Origin: Adineta vaga
Lineage: Eukaryota > Animalia > Rotifera
Direction: 5' to 3'
Assembly: GCA_021613535.1 (NCBI GenBank)
Contig: CP075492.1
Coordinates: forward strand, 8,122,001-8,186,000
DNA: 64,000 nt
Shown: piece after piece, positions 60,511 to 64,000 of the stretch
Numbering within the stretch: the stretch's first letter is position 1
Layout: each line of letters opens with the position of its first letter
Program-made: the position numbers and the translations under genes
The notes under the pieces: model-generated
The model's input: only the letters and a program-made list of their open reading frames with translations
Database searches by the model: none
Told to the model about the DNA's origin: nothing

Positions 60511-63500
60511 ACTGAAAAAAAAAGGAATCGTTGAGAAAGAGAAAAGACATAGCTCTAATTTCTTCTTGATTAAACAAAGAGATGTGTCATCATTTTCTTT
60601 TTCGATGTGTTAGAGAGAATGACGCAAGGATATGGTTATGTCGAATACATTGAAGTATTAGAAAAGCAAATACACATCACATCTGTATATATTGAACACT
60701 GATCTGCAAGGTTAGACATGATCTCTTCTGACATATTCTACAATTTCATTCGATGATATACATATTAAAAGAGGAGAAGAAGAAGAAAAAAAAAGGAGAA
60801 AAGAGCGATGACTCGATCAATAGGATGTTGTATGTAAATATCTGATTCTCGTTCTTTTTTTTTTGATGTACAAATGACACACTTGTCCTGTAATCCGGTT
60901 CCGGTATGCGTCTACCTCGTATGCATACTAATGAAGACGATTTGTTTTTTTTTCTTGCTGAAATGTCTATTAAATTAATTATCAATTTTGTCTATGTCTT
61001 CTTTGCTAATAAAATTATCTCATCTTCGGAGACGACTATGATAAGAAAAACTAAGAACTACAAATGATTTGATTCCTTTTTTTTCTCTTCTCTATTAATT
61101 CATACCAATTAAAAAGTAAGGCATATGGTGTTATCTTCAATTGTCACTTGACTATGTTATGTTTACTTCAATTCACGGTCAATTAGAAACAAGTATATAT
61201 GTTCGAAACTCCGCCTTTTTCTTACACATATATTCCCTCAATTGTATGTTCATCATTAACGAAAAGAATCTCTTATTATAACAATGATCTAGCGTGACCA
61301 TCTGTCCTTCTCTGACAAGAAAAGAAGAAAGTTTAATTAATTTTAGCTTACAAATCAACAATATCAAGGTTGACGTTATCCAATGAAAAGGTTTACTAAA
61401 CGTTTTTCTTTTTTAGAACAAAAAAAAGTCAAATGAATGAATTAGAAAAGTAAAGGAAGCATATGTCTCGCATTGATGAAGAAGAAGAAGAATTTTCTTT
61501 TTCAATCTTACCTTAAAGTCAATAAGAGAAACTGGAACGTAGTCAGTCAATGAAAATGATGTAATCAAGCAGAGTAGTTGGCTGAGCACGGCACATCCGG
61601 CTTCAAAGCATCTTTTGATTTAACGAATAGAGAAGAAAAATGGAAGAGAGACAGAGAAAAGTATGCATACACGAGAACGAGAGAAAGAAGGTGTCACATA
61701 AAGGACCCAATGCCTAACTAATCATCAGCACACACTTCTCTTGTCTACTTACTGATTGAATAGAGAATGAAAATGAACGAAGAAGGATAAGAATGGTCAG
61801 TAGAACAAATATGTACCGGAATTGCTTTTAGCTTCTATTCATTACAAAAGAAACTGAATATACGGGTTTTTTTTCTTCTTCTTCTATATATTTAAGCTAA
61901 AAAAAAGAACACTGAATATATTCTTGATATGAAAAGAATGTAGAGATAGTAATGATCTATCATCAATCAATGACCTTTTACATTCTCATAAGATATCTGA
62001 CAAGAATTAATTCAATAAATTAACTCACTCCGCCCGTTTTTTTCCTCTCTTTTTGTTTTCTAATGTGAAGTTTAAGACTAGACATACTTGCTGAGAAGTG
62101 TTAATGACAATAATTATCAGAAAGAATGTTTGGATCATCAGGAAGTTATGTCGGAAAAGTTCAAAAAGAATGAAGTCTGGCAAGAAAAAACAGCTGACCT
62201 TGCTTATTCAATCTATTCCTTTCTTACTTGTGATTGTCTCGACCACTGAAATAGATAACATAGACATATATATCATCATCGTATTGTCTAAAGATCAACA
62301 CTTACGATGTCATTCGTTGATGATGTCTTCGTTTCATATTTGACGTGAGAATGATGGGTCGAAAATAAAATGTAGTGACAGGTAACGAAGGTAAATGACG
62401 ATACTAAAATAACAATTTATGTAATAAAAACGAGACAAATATTTGAGCATCCAAGGTGAATGTATAAGAAAAGAAAAATGACAAATATATATATATTCTA
62501 CATGAGGACAGAGAAGAGAAAAAAATTATGATTGACAATATCAAATTGGCTTCACTCTACATGTTTTCTTTCTCATGGAAATAGACATATCAAAATGGAT
62601 TGGATACGGTGACTTACATCAATTGAATAATTGAAATTTGTATTCCGGTTTTGTTTGGAACTAAAAAGATATATAATCTTTGATTGAAATATTTGTATCT
62701 TGTACATATTTATGAAATAAGAGAAAAGATCATTATTGACTGTCTTCTCGAACGAAAAAAGAAAAAAAAAGAACGATCGTTTTTGATTTTCAAGGATATC
62801 ATTTTTTTTCTCGTGGTTAAACTTACCTCATTACTGAATACAATTGTGATTGTAACTAAATTATCTTCTATGTTTGTCGTTTTTATCGATTTCTATCCTC
62901 CAGATGTTATATGAGACAATACCTTGTCTTATCTTTGTTCTCCTATTGTCAATTGTTTTATATGAAGAAATCTTCCGTGCACTTGAATAATATAAAACTT
63001 CTGTTCAATTCAACTGACTAATATTACGTATTCACTCACACATAGGTATAAGAGAACGAACAGATTTAACATGTCATATATATATAGACATCGAACGGTA
63101 CAAGATGTTGCCTTCAATGTAGAAAAAATGAACATATCACGAACGAAAGATTCTTTCTTAATTGTTCTGATCATGTACTTTAAGATGACATACAAGCATT
63201 CTTTTTTTGTAGGTGTTGTCACTGAGCCTATCTTTCGTTGTAGGAATTATCGTTTTTGTTTCTGAATACGAAATTGAATTATAGATCACTACATATATAT
63301 ATATGTATTACACTCTGTTGCACAATTGAACTTCTTTTATTCATATGTCTATTGAGTATTTTCCAGCTGTTGCCTGTCTTCTATTTCAAATCAAATTGAA
63401 CATTGTTATATCAAACATCTATTAGATTTTTCTTTGTTGATCTGTTAATGCTTTTCAAATAAGCATGTGGAGACATTAACACTTTTTATTTCTATTGTAA

Positions 63501-64000
63501 TAACATCAATGAGAAATAAGAGCAAGAATGATTTAAACATTACTATTTAACAACTAAAACAAAACTAGATTCTATTCATTTAGATACATTCAGATGTGAT
63601 ATATTTGTACTAAATCATGTTTATGATCTACTTAGAATAGTAACAATTAAATTCAAGTAAACTTCAAAACATAGTTTCATGCAAAAACAACTTCGTAACA
63701 TCATTTTTCACTGCTGTTATCTATTTTAACATTTGAACTATCTCTACACATTTCCGTTTCCAATTAACTATTCATTTAGAAGTGAAATGTTCTGTGAACA
63801 AAATACCTACCTACCTATATGCAAAGAGCGTGTATTTTCACCCTTATTTCAATGTTTTTGATTGCACTGAGAAAATTCGTGTACTCCTCGTTTAGGTCAC
63901 ACTGTTACTTTGATTTCTCGATGTAAACAAGTAGTTTCAAGACAAATTCGTCTATTGCAAAATAATTTTTAATTTAAATGTAGAACGAAACATAATAGAA

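Noticed and set aside
60746-64000. Short ORFs in the last 3 kb, and similarly in 8863-11069 and 50015-51126
   Set aside because: Low-complexity F/I/K-rich translations of AT-rich non-coding DNA with no motifs or coherent exon chains.

Overview
AT-rich, intron-rich eukaryotic DNA. Short GT-AG introns, metazoan genes (AP-3 beta, LIM-only, polycystin-1-like, PLAC8, KIF26-like) mixed with bacterial/fungal-type genes, and the style of the LTR element suggest a bdelloid rotifer; this is an inference, no search was run. Genes in order: a fungal-type C2-domain protein, a 103-aa orphan, AP-3 beta, a LIM-only gene, a three-exon gene predicted to splice three 2-TM Cys-rich modules into one ~1311-aa chain, a membrane-anchored FkbM-type methyltransferase, a single-C2 protein, a STELLO-like protein, a 22.5-kb polycystin-1-like gene with four NHL propellers, an OPT transporter, a PLAC8 protein, a bacterial-type PI-PLC and a degenerate KIF26/VAB-8-like gene. 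One intron of the polycystin gene holds an intact 8135-bp Ty3/gypsy element: identical 178-bp LTRs, CATAT target duplication, tRNA-His primer site, -1 gag-pol frameshift, a DEDDy exonuclease-like ORF3 in the env position and a nested ~315-bp MITE-like insert. Best candidates for new biology are the single-chain triple 2-TM module (possible natural concatemer of a trimeric channel-like protein), the NHL-polycystin receptor and the nuclease-carrying retroelement. All exon structures were predicted by eye from splice signals and reading frames.
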